Below, in pieces: positions 18,338 through 27,945 of a stretch of 64,000 nt of DNA. This DNA comes from Gemmatimonadota bacterium (lineage in GTDB: Bacteria > Gemmatimonadota > Gemmatimonadetes > Gemmatimonadales > Gemmatimonadaceae), in assembly GCA_040389905.1 (NCBI GenBank), contig JAZJZK010000005.1:250529-314528 (forward strand), in the 5' to 3' direction. How positions within the stretch are numbered: the first letter of the stretch is position 1; each line of letters opens with the position of its first letter. The translations under genes and the position numbers were made by a program. The notes under the pieces are model-generated. The model did no database searches and was not told the origin of the DNA. It saw only the letters and a program-made list of their open reading frames with translations.

Positions 18338-20173
18338 TTAGATCCGTTCAGGCGACGGACGCCGGCGCGTCGTATCCGCCGGCGTACCGGCAGGAGGCAC
18401 ACGCGGCGCCGGTGCGGGCGCGGCGGGCGACTGTTGCTTCGGCAACGCCTTCATGGAGTCGACGGCCGTGGTAATCTGTGATTGCACGTCTGCCGGTTGG
18501 AGAATATCGCTGCCGTTGCGCACCGCTTCGCGCAGGCGATCGATGTCCTCGTCGCTCGAGACAATATGAGGCGTGAGGAAGAGGTAGAACTCACTCACCC
18601 CTTCATTCTTCGTCGTGTTGCGAAAGAGCCAGCCGATGAGCGGAATGCGGCTCAAGTACGGAATGCCGGATTGGGTATTGTTGCGCGTGTTGTCCGACAG
18701 CCCGCCGATCACCGTCGTCTGGCCATCGCGGATGAAGATCTGCGTCGTCGCTTCGCGGGTGTCGATGATCGGCGCATCCGACACCAGCGTCGCCGTGGCG
18801 CTGTTGTTCGTTTGCTTCACCGCGAGGTTCACGTATCCATCGGGATTGATCGTTGGGGTGATCGTCAGGGTCGTGCCAACGTCCTGATACTGCACGGTGC
18901 TGACGCGATTGGTCGGATCGTTGGGCACGGTCTGCGACGTCTGTACGAAGGGAACGCGCTGGCCGACGTTCAGGATGGCTTCCTTGTTGTTTTGCCCGAT
19001 GATCAACGGCAGCGAGAGAATCTTCACATCGCCACGCGTCTGAAGCGCGCTCAACGCGACTGAATAGCTCACCGCGCCCTTGCCACCCGTGAGCGCGAAG
19101 ATGAAGTCGCGCGCGCTGGCCGCCGTCGGCATGAATGCGGTGTCGGCTCCCGCACCCACCTTGCTGGTTTGACGCCCCGAGATGCCGAGGCTGAAGTCGT
19201 GCGTGCGCGATACCTGTGCGATGCTGACTTCGATCAGCACCTGCAACGGACGAAGGTCCACAGTGGCGAGGAGTTGCTGGATGAGCAACCAGTCATCACT
19301 CGTTGCGCGCACGAGCAGCGAATTGGTGGACTCCTCCGCGACGATGCGAATGTTCTGCGCATTCTGAAGTGCGCCACCTCCTCCGGCGCCGCCCTGGCCG
19401 AACAACGCTTGCTGCATCTGTTGCGCAATGTTCTGAAGTGCGTTGGCGGCTCCGCCGCCGCCGCCACCACCACCACCTCCGGGACCACCTCCGCGGCCCG
19501 GAGTGATGTTGATCGTCTGCCCCGGCTGGCCACCGCGACCTGGGATCTGGATGGTCTGCTGCGGAAGAACCTGGAAGCCACCAGGGCCCTGGTTGAGAAT
19601 CGTCTGTTGTGCGTTACCGGCGCCGGTCAGGAGATTCATCAGGACCGGACCAAGCTGCACCGCACTCGCATGCTTGAGTCGATACGTGAAGAGACGAAGC
19701 TGCGTCGCGTTGGCAGTTTGTTGCTGTTGCTGCAACTGCTGGGCATTCGTTGTCGCTGGCGTGCCTTCGATGCGAATCAATGACGGCCCTTCAGTCATTT
19801 TCAATGCATTCGATTCCGCCACGCCCCTCAGTACGTCAACGGCGCCGGTCTTCGAGATTGCCTGACCCATGCGGAGCGTGATGCGCTTCGAGGGAATGTT
19901 GTTGAGTGTCAGGTTCAACCCACCTGCCTCGGCGATCGCCGACAATACGACGCGAAGCTCCTGCTCCTGAAAATCGAGCACGAAGCCGTCGGGCGTCTTG
20001 CGAACCATCGACGTATCCGTCTTCGGTGGAGGCGTCTGTTGCGGTAATGGCGCGCGCTGCTGTCGTCCACGCTGCGCGCCGAGTGGCAGCGCAATGAGCA
20101 AGGCGAACACGAAAGACTGGCTTGTCGTCCTGAGTGCAGCGAAGGACCTGCACTGTGACGTCGAGACGGACAT
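18338..20173 (-). CDS. gspD: Type II secretion secretin
   Basis: TNSLLV N-domain, QVLIEV, YQDVGTTLTITPTIN, GIPYLSRIPLIGWLF secretin motifs. Confidence 0.9.
   Translation of the reverse strand: MSVSTSQCRSFAALRTTSQSFVFALLIALPLGAQRGRQQRAPLPQQTPPPKTDTSMVRKTPDGFVLDFQEQELRVVLSAIAEAGGLNLTLNNIPSKRITLRMGQAISKTGAVDVLRGVAESNALKMTEGPSLIRIEGTPATTNAQQLQQQQQTANATQLRLFTYRLKHASAVQLGPVLMNLLTGAGNAQQTILNQGPGGFQVLPQQTIQIPGRGGQPGQTINITPGRGGGPGGGGGGGGGGAANALQNIAQQMQQALFGQGGAGGGGALQNAQNIRIVAEESTNSLLVRATSDDWLLIQQLLATVDLRPLQVLIEVSIAQVSRTHDFSLGISGRQTSKVGAGADTAFMPTAASARDFIFALTGGKGAVSYSVALSALQTRGDVKILSLPLIIGQNNKEAILNVGQRVPFVQTSQTVPNDPTNRVSTVQYQDVGTTLTITPTINPDGYVNLAVKQTNNSATATLVSDAPIIDTREATTQIFIRDGQTTVIGGLSDNTRNNTQSGIPYLSRIPLIGWLFRNTTKNEGVSEFYLFLTPHIVSSDEDIDRLREAVRNGSDILQPADVQSQITTAVDSMKALPKQQSPAAPAPAPRVPPAGTPADTTRRRPSPERI
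20122..20153 (-). repeat. Family A repeat half, in frame in the gspD signal peptide
   Basis: TTGTCGTCCTGAGTGCAGCGAAGGACCTGCAC; read as CRSFAALRTT. Confidence 0.8.
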
Positions 20174-20679
20174 TATGCCCCTGGCTTGAGAGCGGGAATA
20201 TCGAGTCGCTTGCTGGCCGACGTGAACACAACGCGGCCACGCTCGATGGATTTGACGGTGTACACGCCGATCTTGTCGCCGACACGGACGATGACCGGTT
20301 GTGCGTCGCCAAGCTGGCAGGTGGCGAAGCTGTACCCTTCGCCGATGTACGCCGTTCCGAGGACGATGGGAATGGGCGGTTCGACCTTCGGTTCGGCCGG
20401 TTCGGCATCTTCCTCGCCAGGCAAACGATACGGCCGGTCGGGCGCGGAACGATCGACCGCGAACAGATCGTTCTCGACCGCCAGTCCGAGGTCGGCAGGA
20501 GTCTTCGGTGTCACGGCGCTGATCGCGGTCGACGCGTCGAACGGAACCGCGTGAATCGGCTCCGGCGCGGCCGGATTGAAGACGCGAACCAGCGTCCAAA
20601 TCGCGATAACGGCGCTTGCAGCAAGGAATGCAACCGACGCACGCACGCCTGGGCGAGTGAGCATGTCGCGCTCGATCAC
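20173..20679 (-). CDS. GspC-like T2SS assembly protein
   Basis: One N-terminal TM, then VLGT and VRVGDKIGVYTVKSIERGRVV HR-domain-like motifs; directly before gspD. Confidence 0.65.
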   Translation of the reverse strand: MIERDMLTRPGVRASVAFLAASAVIAIWTLVRVFNPAAPEPIHAVPFDASTAISAVTPKTPADLGLAVENDLFAVDRSAPDRPYRLPGEEDAEPAEPKVEPPIPIVLGTAYIGEGYSFATCQLGDAQPVIVRVGDKIGVYTVKSIERGRVVFTSASKRLDIPALKPGA

Positions 20680-21293
20680 GGCGTCCTCGCTTTCGGCGCG
20701 CTCATGGGCAGCACGCTATCCAGGCCGATGGCAAACCCCGTGACGGTCGCCGAAACCGCGAGCGCCTCGGAGCTGTCCTGCGCCCCGACTCGCGTGACGC
20801 GCGAGATATCCAACCGGTCGATGCGGACGAACTTCGTTCCCAACTCCAGTTCGTGCAGCATGGCAAGGACGCCTCGCAGGTCCGACTCGGCGCGCATCTC
20901 CACGCGTAGTGCGCGCACGCCACCAGGCGCCTGGACGGCGGGGCGCGTCGCGGCATCCTGCAGCCACACGTGGCTCGTCCGCGCGACGTCGCCGAGGTAT
21001 GACGCGAGCTCCGCGCTGGCCATGACGTCGTCGCGACCCTCGAACAACCGCGGCTTCATGACGCGCATCGCCGAATCGGCCGTCTGGCGAAGCTTCGGAT
21101 TCTTGCGCGCGGCATCGATTGCGGCGCGTTCACGCGCGAGTGCTTCCCGCTCGATCGTCAACTGCTGACGCGCATCGGACAGTGCCGCGAGGTATGGCTT
21201 CACGCCCCACACGAAAAAGAGAGCGGGGATCACGACACTCAAGCCGAGCGTGATTGCGCGCCGGTCCTTTGCGCCCATTGTGGAGAGGCTCAT
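20676..21293 (-). CDS. gspM: GspM/PilO-like T2SS protein
   Basis: DRRAI + TM + coiled coil + putative ferredoxin-like C-terminus; operon position. Confidence 0.7.
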   Translation of the reverse strand: MSLSTMGAKDRRAITLGLSVVIPALFFVWGVKPYLAALSDARQQLTIEREALARERAAIDAARKNPKLRQTADSAMRVMKPRLFEGRDDVMASAELASYLGDVARTSHVWLQDAATRPAVQAPGGVRALRVEMRAESDLRGVLAMLHELELGTKFVRIDRLDISRVTRVGAQDSSEALAVSATVTGFAIGLDSVLPMSAPKARTP

Positions 21294-22708
21294 CGCGTCC
21301 CCCGTGCGGTCGTGGGCTTCGCCGTGGTGGGTTTTGCTGTCGCGGCAGGTGGCGTCGGCGGAGGACTCAGGTGTGCAGCGATCGTGAATCGCTGCGTGGC
21401 CTCGGCGCCGTTCGGCGCTTCGCGTCGCACAGGAGCAGCAGCGCGGATGTTCGTCAGTCCCGGCGTCTCCTCCAGATCGGTGAATACCTTTGCGGCGTGA
21501 TCGGCAATGCCTTCGACGACGACAGAATCACCACGGCCGCGGAACGACGTGAGATAGGAGTCCACGTCGAGATGGTCCGCGATGCGCACGAGCACCACTG
21601 TCCATTGTGGTGCCGCCCTTTCCGCCACGTTGAGCGCCGCGAGTTGCCGATATGCCGTCTCGACGGACGTTCGTCCGACCAGTGTCGTCGAGAGCTGCGG
21701 CCGCAGTGCTGCCCGTTCATTTGCCACGGCGTTCAACTGTCGCCGCACACCCCACAGCGCAAGGCCGGCCGAGAGAACAAGGAGTACAACGGCCGCCGCG
21801 CTCAGGTACAACGCCACGCGCTTTGCACTCTGTTGCTGTACCGCGCGATCGTCATCGGAGCGAAAGGCGAGATCCGCGGCCGATGCCGCGAATGTCGCGG
21901 CGAGACGCTCTGGTTCGCCCGCTGCCTCGGCGAACGGGCCAGTCGGGCCATTCACCGTAACGCCCGCGCTGGAGAGTGCCCGTGTCAACTCGCGCCGCCC
22001 GTCGGAATGTCCGATTGCCGCCACGCGATGCACCGAAGCCGCACCGACTCGCTCCGCTGTCGCACCGATGGCCTCGGCGATTACCGAGGCGTCGGCGGCG
22101 CCCGCGCGAAATTTCCGCACCGAATGCAGCCGACCGTCGCGTAGCTGCACGAGTACCGTGCGGTCGGCGTGCGCGACGATGAGGTGCCCTGTCTTTTGAC
22201 CCAGGGCAGGCCAGATCGATTTCGCTGCGCCGGCCCACGCACTCTCGGCAGGCACGATGGTATCGATCGTCAAGCCGGCATCACGCGCGGCCGCGTGAAT
22301 GGCGAAGACCATGCGCTGCGATGCCGCTGCGGTGAGGACCGGTTCTCCAGCACTGCGTTTTCCCAGCGCCGCCACGCCGACCAACTGCGCGCCGCGCGCT
22401 CCAACGAAATACCGTTGTGCGCCTCGCGTGATGACCGCGCGTAGCTCGTCCTCCTTGAGTGCAGGAAGCTCGAGGGCGCGGACCTCGGCAAGCGGGGCGG
22501 CGAGCGCGACGGATAGCACGGCGCCAGCCGTTCCGGAGAGCCGTGCCATTTCGCGAAATGCCGAGACGAGCGATGGCCATTGGTTCGCATCGTTCGAGAA
22601 TGGATCGAGCGGCGCGCGCAACAGCACAACGCCGGAATCGGCGTTGACGGCCCACAGCTCACGGGCCGATGCGGACACACCAATGCGGCCAATCACCATT
22701 GCTTCCAC
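21290..22708 (-). CDS. gspL: GspL/PilN-like T2SS protein
   Basis: Large cytoplasmic N-domain, TM, PilN-like C-terminus (VVVEGIA...FTDLE); operon position. Confidence 0.7.
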   Translation of the reverse strand: MEAMVIGRIGVSASARELWAVNADSGVVLLRAPLDPFSNDANQWPSLVSAFREMARLSGTAGAVLSVALAAPLAEVRALELPALKEDELRAVITRGAQRYFVGARGAQLVGVAALGKRSAGEPVLTAAASQRMVFAIHAAARDAGLTIDTIVPAESAWAGAAKSIWPALGQKTGHLIVAHADRTVLVQLRDGRLHSVRKFRAGAADASVIAEAIGATAERVGAASVHRVAAIGHSDGRRELTRALSSAGVTVNGPTGPFAEAAGEPERLAATFAASAADLAFRSDDDRAVQQQSAKRVALYLSAAAVVLLVLSAGLALWGVRRQLNAVANERAALRPQLSTTLVGRTSVETAYRQLAALNVAERAAPQWTVVLVRIADHLDVDSYLTSFRGRGDSVVVEGIADHAAKVFTDLEETPGLTNIRAAAPVRREAPNGAEATQRFTIAAHLSPPPTPPAATAKPTTAKPTTARGTR

Positions 22709-23652
22709 TCGAGCGTGGCGAGCGTAGGAGCGGATCGTTCGATGATCGCCATCAACCTCGTTGGTTGGGCATGCGGCGCGACGCGCGCGATGAGCGTCAA
22801 TTCCACCTGCTGGGTGTTGACCGTGGTGCGCGTTGTGAGCCGCTGGGTCGTGGCCTGTACTTGAACCTGTGCCTGCGCGTTGAGTCCACGCGTGGCCGCC
22901 TGCATGACCTGCGCGACCGAGGTGATGCGTCGTCCCTGCGCACGCAGCGCGAGAATGTTCGCAAGGATTGCATCCGTCATTCCGGGTAGCACCCGCAACA
23001 CCGGTGTCGGTGCCGTATTCAGGTTGACCATTCCATCGCCGCGCACGGTGAGATAGGGACTCGCAAGCTCATAGATCTCCGGTGTCATGTTCATCACCTG
23101 GAGCAGATCCTCGACTTCGCGGAATGGACCGTTCTGCGGCAGGGTGAGTTGACTGGCCTTCACGTACGCATCTGCTTCCGCGCCACGAAGCCGAGGCATT
23201 TCGTCGACATCGCGCCAATCCATGATCGATTGCGCGAGCCGGTCCGCCTTGTCGGCATCGTTGAGGAGAAAGCCAAAGAAGATGCGGAGCTCCGCCTCGT
23301 TGAGATTGTTGACATTGAGCTGGGTGCCGAGGTCGCGTGCCCGCACCTGGACAGCGATGCTGTCGATCGGATAGTCGCCGGAGTAGAGACTGTCTACATC
23401 GAGCCACGGGTCCGAAGAGCGGAGAATCTGCACACCGCCACCCTGCGGCGCGATGCGCAACGCATAGTCGAGCTTCGCGAGGACGACCGCGAGCGCGCCG
23501 CCGGCCGCGGCGCGGGACTGTCCGCGCTCCGCGGTGTCGATGCCGAGCTGACGACGTTCCTTTGCTTCGATGCTGAACTCGAGTACGACGACGGCAATGG
23601 CGACGACGAGCCACAGCGCCGTGAGCAGCGCAACGCCTCGGCGGTTCTTCAT
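22693..23652 (-). CDS. gspK: Minor pseudopilin K
   Basis: RRG|VALLTALW, LNVNN, IMDWRDVD, NGPFREVEDL, VNLNTAP..VLRVLPG. Confidence 0.9.
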   Translation of the reverse strand: MKNRRGVALLTALWLVVAIAVVVLEFSIEAKERRQLGIDTAERGQSRAAAGGALAVVLAKLDYALRIAPQGGGVQILRSSDPWLDVDSLYSGDYPIDSIAVQVRARDLGTQLNVNNLNEAELRIFFGFLLNDADKADRLAQSIMDWRDVDEMPRLRGAEADAYVKASQLTLPQNGPFREVEDLLQVMNMTPEIYELASPYLTVRGDGMVNLNTAPTPVLRVLPGMTDAILANILALRAQGRRITSVAQVMQAATRGLNAQAQVQVQATTQRLTTRTTVNTQQVELTLIARVAPHAQPTRLMAIIERSAPTLATLEWKQW

Positions 23653-24284
23653 TGCGCGCCGCCGAGCACGGGGAAGATCAGCGGGAGCTGAAGAATCGCG
23701 GGAACAGTCACGCCATCCGCAGGGAGCAGCGTCACACGCAGCGCGGTCACGGAGATCGTCGACGCTTCCGTCGATGGGAACCAGCGCTTGGTTCTCGCGT
23801 CGAGGAACTCGACCACGAGTGTGCCGATCGATGCATCGACCTCGCGGCGCTGAAGCGGAGTCTGATTCGTCGCGCGGTACTCCATCGTGAGCCCCGTCTC
23901 GGGCGTTTGCGTATCCCCGTCGACGAACAGCCGGATCTGAACCGTCGGCGCCATGGCGGGATTCGGCGCAGATGTGGTGAACCGAATCTCGTCGCCAGCC
24001 GCGGCCGCCTCGCTCACACCGCCTGTCGAGGAAGACACCGGCGCGCCACGGAGCCCCCGAGGGCCACCACCCTGGCGAATCTGCACTGTGCCCGACGTCA
24101 GCCACAGACGAAGCGTTTCCCGTAGCGCGACCGCGCGTTCCATGGTGACCGTCGATTCCTTGATGACGCGACGATGATCCATGATGGACCCGAATGTCGC
24201 TGTGCCCATCGCGGCCATCACGCCGGTGAGCACCAGCCCGACGATGAGCTCCATCAGGGTCATGCCCCGTCGAGCGCGCATCAT
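23649..24284 (-). CDS. gspJ: Minor pseudopilin (GspJ-like)
   Basis: RRG|MTLMELIVGL type IV prepilin motif; gene order. Confidence 0.8.
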   Translation of the reverse strand: MMRARRGMTLMELIVGLVLTGVMAAMGTATFGSIMDHRRVIKESTVTMERAVALRETLRLWLTSGTVQIRQGGGPRGLRGAPVSSSTGGVSEAAAAGDEIRFTTSAPNPAMAPTVQIRLFVDGDTQTPETGLTMEYRATNQTPLQRREVDASIGTLVVEFLDARTKRWFPSTEASTISVTALRVTLLPADGVTVPAILQLPLIFPVLGGAQ

Positions 24285-24673
24285 CGGCGCCCCGTGGCTT
24301 GTGGCGGCCGGCGATACAGCGCGCTGTGCAGTGAATACGATCCTTCGGGCCAGGTGACCGTGACCTCCACGTCGTACACACCGCCGACTTCCGCGCGTGG
24401 TGCGGACTTCGTGGTCCACTTGTATTCGTCGAGTGGCTTGTCGAACACGCCGCGCGACACCGAGTCGGGCAGGTCCTGCAACTCCCGATCATTCATGAGC
24501 CCGAGGAAGTCGAGTCGTTGCGTGGCAAGCGCTTCGACTTCCAATGCCCGACGCGCACGTTCGGCCGTCTTCATCTCCGCTGCCACGGCGGCGAGCGCAC
24601 TCACCGATGTGACGCCGATGATTGCCAGGGCGGCAACCGCTTCGAAGAGGGTGATGCCGCGTCTAGCGCGCAT
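24281..24673 (-). CDS. gspI: Minor pseudopilin (GspI-like)
   Basis: RRG|ITLFEAVAALAI; about 130 aa; VEVTVTW. Confidence 0.8.
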   Translation of the reverse strand: MRARRGITLFEAVAALAIIGVTSVSALAAVAAEMKTAERARRALEVEALATQRLDFLGLMNDRELQDLPDSVSRGVFDKPLDEYKWTTKSAPRAEVGGVYDVEVTVTWPEGSYSLHSALYRRPPQATGRR

Positions 24674-25331
24674 CGGTCCTCGCAACGCCGCTCCAGGGAT
24701 CGACCGCCACGAGGACGGTGGCGCCCAGACCACGAACGAGAACGGTATCGGCGAATGCGGCACCACTCGGGCGGAAGATGTAGGTCAGACGCTGTTGCTC
24801 GGTGACGAGCGTTTCCGTTGCATCGAGCTCGATCGTACCCTCGGCGAACTTTCCCGTGCCGGACACGCCGGAGGTGTCCGCGCGATAGCGACCGGTGAGC
24901 GGATCGATGCGCAGGCTCACCATGGCGTTCTTGTCGATCGCGGCCTTTCGCGCGTCACGCAGCAGGGCGAGCATGCCCGCTGCTGCCTGCGGTTCCTTAT
25001 TGGTGCCGAGGCGGGCCAGCGCGGGGACGACCAACGCGGCGGAGAGTGCCATGATCGCGAGCACGATGGCCATCTCAAACAACGTGAAGGCGGGCCGTCC
25101 AAGTCTGGCACCGTACGACGTTCTCGCTGTCGGTGTCGTTTTTACCGCAGAGGACGCAGAGGCGCAGAGGTACGCAGAGGAAAACCAGGAACTGCTTTTG
25201 CTTGTTTTGTCACCCCGAGACGAGGCACTGCTATTGCTCGTTTTGTCGCCCTGAGCGAAGCGAAGGGCCTGCACCTCCGCAGTCCTCTGCGTTCCTCTGC
25301 TCCTCTGCGTCCTCTGCGGTAATTGACTCAT
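24663..25331 (-). CDS. gspH: Minor pseudopilin (GspH-like) with a repeat-expanded leader
   Basis: RPA|FTLFEMAIVLAI, LRDARKAA, FRPSG; ATG overlaps the gspF stop. Confidence 0.8.
   Translation of the reverse strand: MSQLPQRTQRSRGTQRTAEVQALRFAQGDKTSNSSASSRGDKTSKSSSWFSSAYLCASASSAVKTTPTARTSYGARLGRPAFTLFEMAIVLAIMALSAALVVPALARLGTNKEPQAAAGMLALLRDARKAAIDKNAMVSLRIDPLTGRYRADTSGVSGTGKFAEGTIELDATETLVTEQQRLTYIFRPSGAAFADTVLVRGLGATVLVAVDPWSGVARTDAR
25142..25322. repeat. Composite element: family B 21-bp terminal IR enclosing family A halves
   Basis: TTACCGCAGAGGACGCAGAGG (25142-25162) is the exact reverse complement of 25302-25322. Confidence 0.9.
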
Positions 25332-26533
25332 TTGAACGAATTTGCGTTGATGCCGTAAATCGCCTGCAACAACGAGAGCGCGACGAACGCCACGATCGCA
25401 CCGAACACCACGATCATCGCCGGCTCGGCGAGTGTGGCGAGCCGTTGTGTCGCCCGCTCCGTGCGCTCCTCGAAAATGTCGGCGGACTTCAACAGAAAGA
25501 CGCGCAGCTCGCCCGCATCCTCACCCACGCCGATCAGTTGCGCGAGCAGCGGCGGAAAGATCGTGCTGTTTCCAACGGCGTTCCTGAGCGAGCTGCCTTC
25601 ACGAACCGCACTGCGGATGCGAATCGCATCATCCCGGCCGATAGGGTCACCGATCGATTCGATCGTGTCGTCGAGTGCCGTCAGCAACGGAGCCCCGCCG
25701 CCGAGCAGCACGCCAACAAGGCGCGCAAAGCGGGCGGCGAGTGCGTAGCGGCGGAGCGTGCTCACGCCGGGAACCGCGAGGAGCAGCGACGACCACACGC
25801 GCGCGCCCTCGGCGGTGTTCCGCATCCACGTGGCGGCGAGCACCATGCCGGCAGGTATCATCAGCAACACCGGCCAGAAGCGGTGCAGCAGCGCCGACAG
25901 GCCAATGAGAATCGACGTCGACGTCGGCAATTTGGCGCCGCTGCCCTCGAGGAGCGTCACGAAGCGCGGCAGCACGAAGAACATCAGCACGCTCACGGCC
26001 GCCGAGCCGGCGAAGGCGAGCAGAAAGGGATAGATCGACGCCGACATCACGCGCCCGCGGAGCTGTTCGTCACGGTCGAGCTGGTCGGCGAGGCGAGCGA
26101 ACGCGCTGTCGATGTCGCCGCTCCGCTCGCCGGCGCGGACGAGCCCAACGTAGAGCGGGGAAAAGAGCTGCGGATGCGCCGCGAGCGCAGTCGAGAGCGT
26201 GTCGCCTCGCTCCACGCGCGCGCGAACTTCGTCGAGTGCCGTGCGGACTTCTCCAGAGGCGACACCTGACGCGGCGCGCAATGCCTGCGCGAGTGGCATA
26301 CCGACGGGTAACAGGGCGGCGAGCGCTCGCGTCACCTCGAGAACCTCTCGCCGCCGGCCGAACTTGAAGAATCCGCCACTTCCCGCCGATTCGGCTTGAG
26401 ACTCCGCCACATCGATGACCAGCAGTCCGCGATCCTCGAGCGCGCGAGAAAGAGCGCCGCCGCTGACGGCGTTCTCCTTCCCCCGCAGGCGCTTACCTGC
26501 GCGGTCAACGGCCTGATACGCGAATGTGGGCAT
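25328..26533 (-). CDS. gspF: Type II secretion inner-membrane platform protein
   Basis: MPTFAYQAVD, AGERSG, IYP, VLPRF, VGEDAGEL, LAEP motifs. Confidence 0.92.
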   Translation of the reverse strand: MPTFAYQAVDRAGKRLRGKENAVSGGALSRALEDRGLLVIDVAESQAESAGSGGFFKFGRRREVLEVTRALAALLPVGMPLAQALRAASGVASGEVRTALDEVRARVERGDTLSTALAAHPQLFSPLYVGLVRAGERSGDIDSAFARLADQLDRDEQLRGRVMSASIYPFLLAFAGSAAVSVLMFFVLPRFVTLLEGSGAKLPTSTSILIGLSALLHRFWPVLLMIPAGMVLAATWMRNTAEGARVWSSLLLAVPGVSTLRRYALAARFARLVGVLLGGGAPLLTALDDTIESIGDPIGRDDAIRIRSAVREGSSLRNAVGNSTIFPPLLAQLIGVGEDAGELRVFLLKSADIFEERTERATQRLATLAEPAMIVVFGAIVAFVALSLLQAIYGINANSFK

Positions 26534-26554
26534 CGACGGGGAGCGGAAACCCGC

Positions 26555-27013
26555 CTATTTCCAGCTCGCGATGTCGGCGTCTTCGCCTTCGCCACCTGGT
26601 TTGCCATCGGCGCCGTACGACACGAGGTCGTAACCCTGAAGATTCGCCTGACCGGGGAACAGGTAGAGGTAGGCGCGTCCCCAGGGGTCTACGGGCACCT
26701 CTTTCCGGAGGTACGGCGCCCGCCAGTTGGCCGGCGGATCGATACTCGGCTTCTCCCACAGGGCGCCAAGTCCTTGCTGCGTATTGGGATACGTACCGTT
26801 GTCGAGACGATAGGCGTCGAGTGCAGCACCCAACATTTCGATTTGAGACTTCGCGGTTGCCGACTTGGCGGCGCCCACGTGCTGGAAGATGTTCGGGGCC
26901 ACGAGGGTGGCCAGAATGGCGATCACGACGATCACCACGAGGATCTCGATGAGCGTGAAACCGGAACGGCGGCTCGCGGACAGCGGCGAGCGAAAACGAC
27001 GGAAGCGGGTCAT
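26555..27013 (-). CDS. gspG: Major pseudopilin
   Basis: SG|FTLIEILVV, ALDAYRLDNG.YP, DPWGRAY, SYGADG..GGEGEDADI. Confidence 0.95.
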   Translation of the reverse strand: MTRFRRFRSPLSASRRSGFTLIEILVVIVVIAILATLVAPNIFQHVGAAKSATAKSQIEMLGAALDAYRLDNGTYPNTQQGLGALWEKPSIDPPANWRAPYLRKEVPVDPWGRAYLYLFPGQANLQGYDLVSYGADGKPGGEGEDADIASWK

Positions 27014-27110
27014 GGGAATCTTTGGGAGGAGTCCTGCACTAGGTATACACCGGCGGAGCGACTTTCGTTTACTGACACTCTATCGGACGTTGCGGTTGAC
27101 GCATTGTTTC

Positions 27111-27241
27111 TGCTCGTTTTGTCATCCTGAGCCCTTCGTCGCTTGCGCTCCTCGAGGGCAGGCTTCGCGAAGGACCTGCACCTGCAAAAAAAAGCGAACT
27201 GCACGTGCAGGCCTTTCGCTTCGCTGGGCGTCAAAACGAGC
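27111..27241. repeat. Family A palindromic element (degenerate)
   Basis: GCTCGTTTTGTCATCCTGAGC...CTGCAC / GTGCAGGCC...GTCAAAACGAGC. Confidence 0.75.
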
Positions 27242-27312
27242 GGCTTCTCAACAGCGACAGAAAGTCGTACGTTCTCCCCTATATGGCTGACGTCTCAGGG
27301 AAACGGAATGTT

Positions 27313-27921
27313 ATGAAACGATTGTCGCAGCGAGCAGCGGGTCTGGCGTTGGCGGTGTCTGTCGCCGGCGCGCCGACGGTGGGGGCGCAGGCGAAAGCAG
27401 GACCCACGCGGAGCGAAGCAGACGTCAATTTCATGCAGGGCATGATCCCGCACCATGCGCAAGCCGTGCTGATTGCCGGTTGGGCCGCATCGCACGGTGC
27501 GCGCGACGACGTCCGCATTCTCTGTGAGCGCATCGTCGTCGGACAGAAGGACGAGATTGCGCTCATGCGCTATTGGCTGAAGGAGAAGGGCGAAGACGTC
27601 CCCGCGCCCGACGCCACGCACATGAAAATGAAGATGAACGGCATGATCCACGACATGCTCATGCCCGGCATGCTCAACGAGGCGCAACTCGCGGAGCTGG
27701 ACAAGGCGCGCGGCTCCGATTTCGACCGACTGTTCCTCACCGCGATGATCGCGCACCACGAGGGTGCCATCGCCATGGTCGACGAACTGCTCAACTCCAA
27801 GAACGCCGCGCAGGATGACATCGTCTACCGAATGTCGTCCGACGTCTACGCCGACCAGACGACGGAAATCGAACGGATGACGAAGATGCTCGCGACCGTT
27901 CCTCCAGCAAAGACGCCCTGA
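27313..27921 (+). CDS. DUF305 domain exported protein
   Basis: Signal peptide; DVNFMQGMIPHHAQA and FDRLFLTAMIAHHEGA. Confidence 0.9.
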   Translation: MKRLSQRAAGLALAVSVAGAPTVGAQAKAGPTRSEADVNFMQGMIPHHAQAVLIAGWAASHGARDDVRILCERIVVGQKDEIALMRYWLKEKGEDVPAPDATHMKMKMNGMIHDMLMPGMLNEAQLAELDKARGSDFDRLFLTAMIAHHEGAIAMVDELLNSKNAAQDDIVYRMSSDVYADQTTEIERMTKMLATVPPAKTP

Positions 27922-27945
27922 CGTATTGCACGAACGCTGTCTTCG

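Noticed and set aside
22693..24492. 599-aa GspK and 753-aa GspD ORFs
   Set aside because: The extensions overlap gspI/gspJ and gspC; prepilin and signal motifs place the starts at 23652 and 20173
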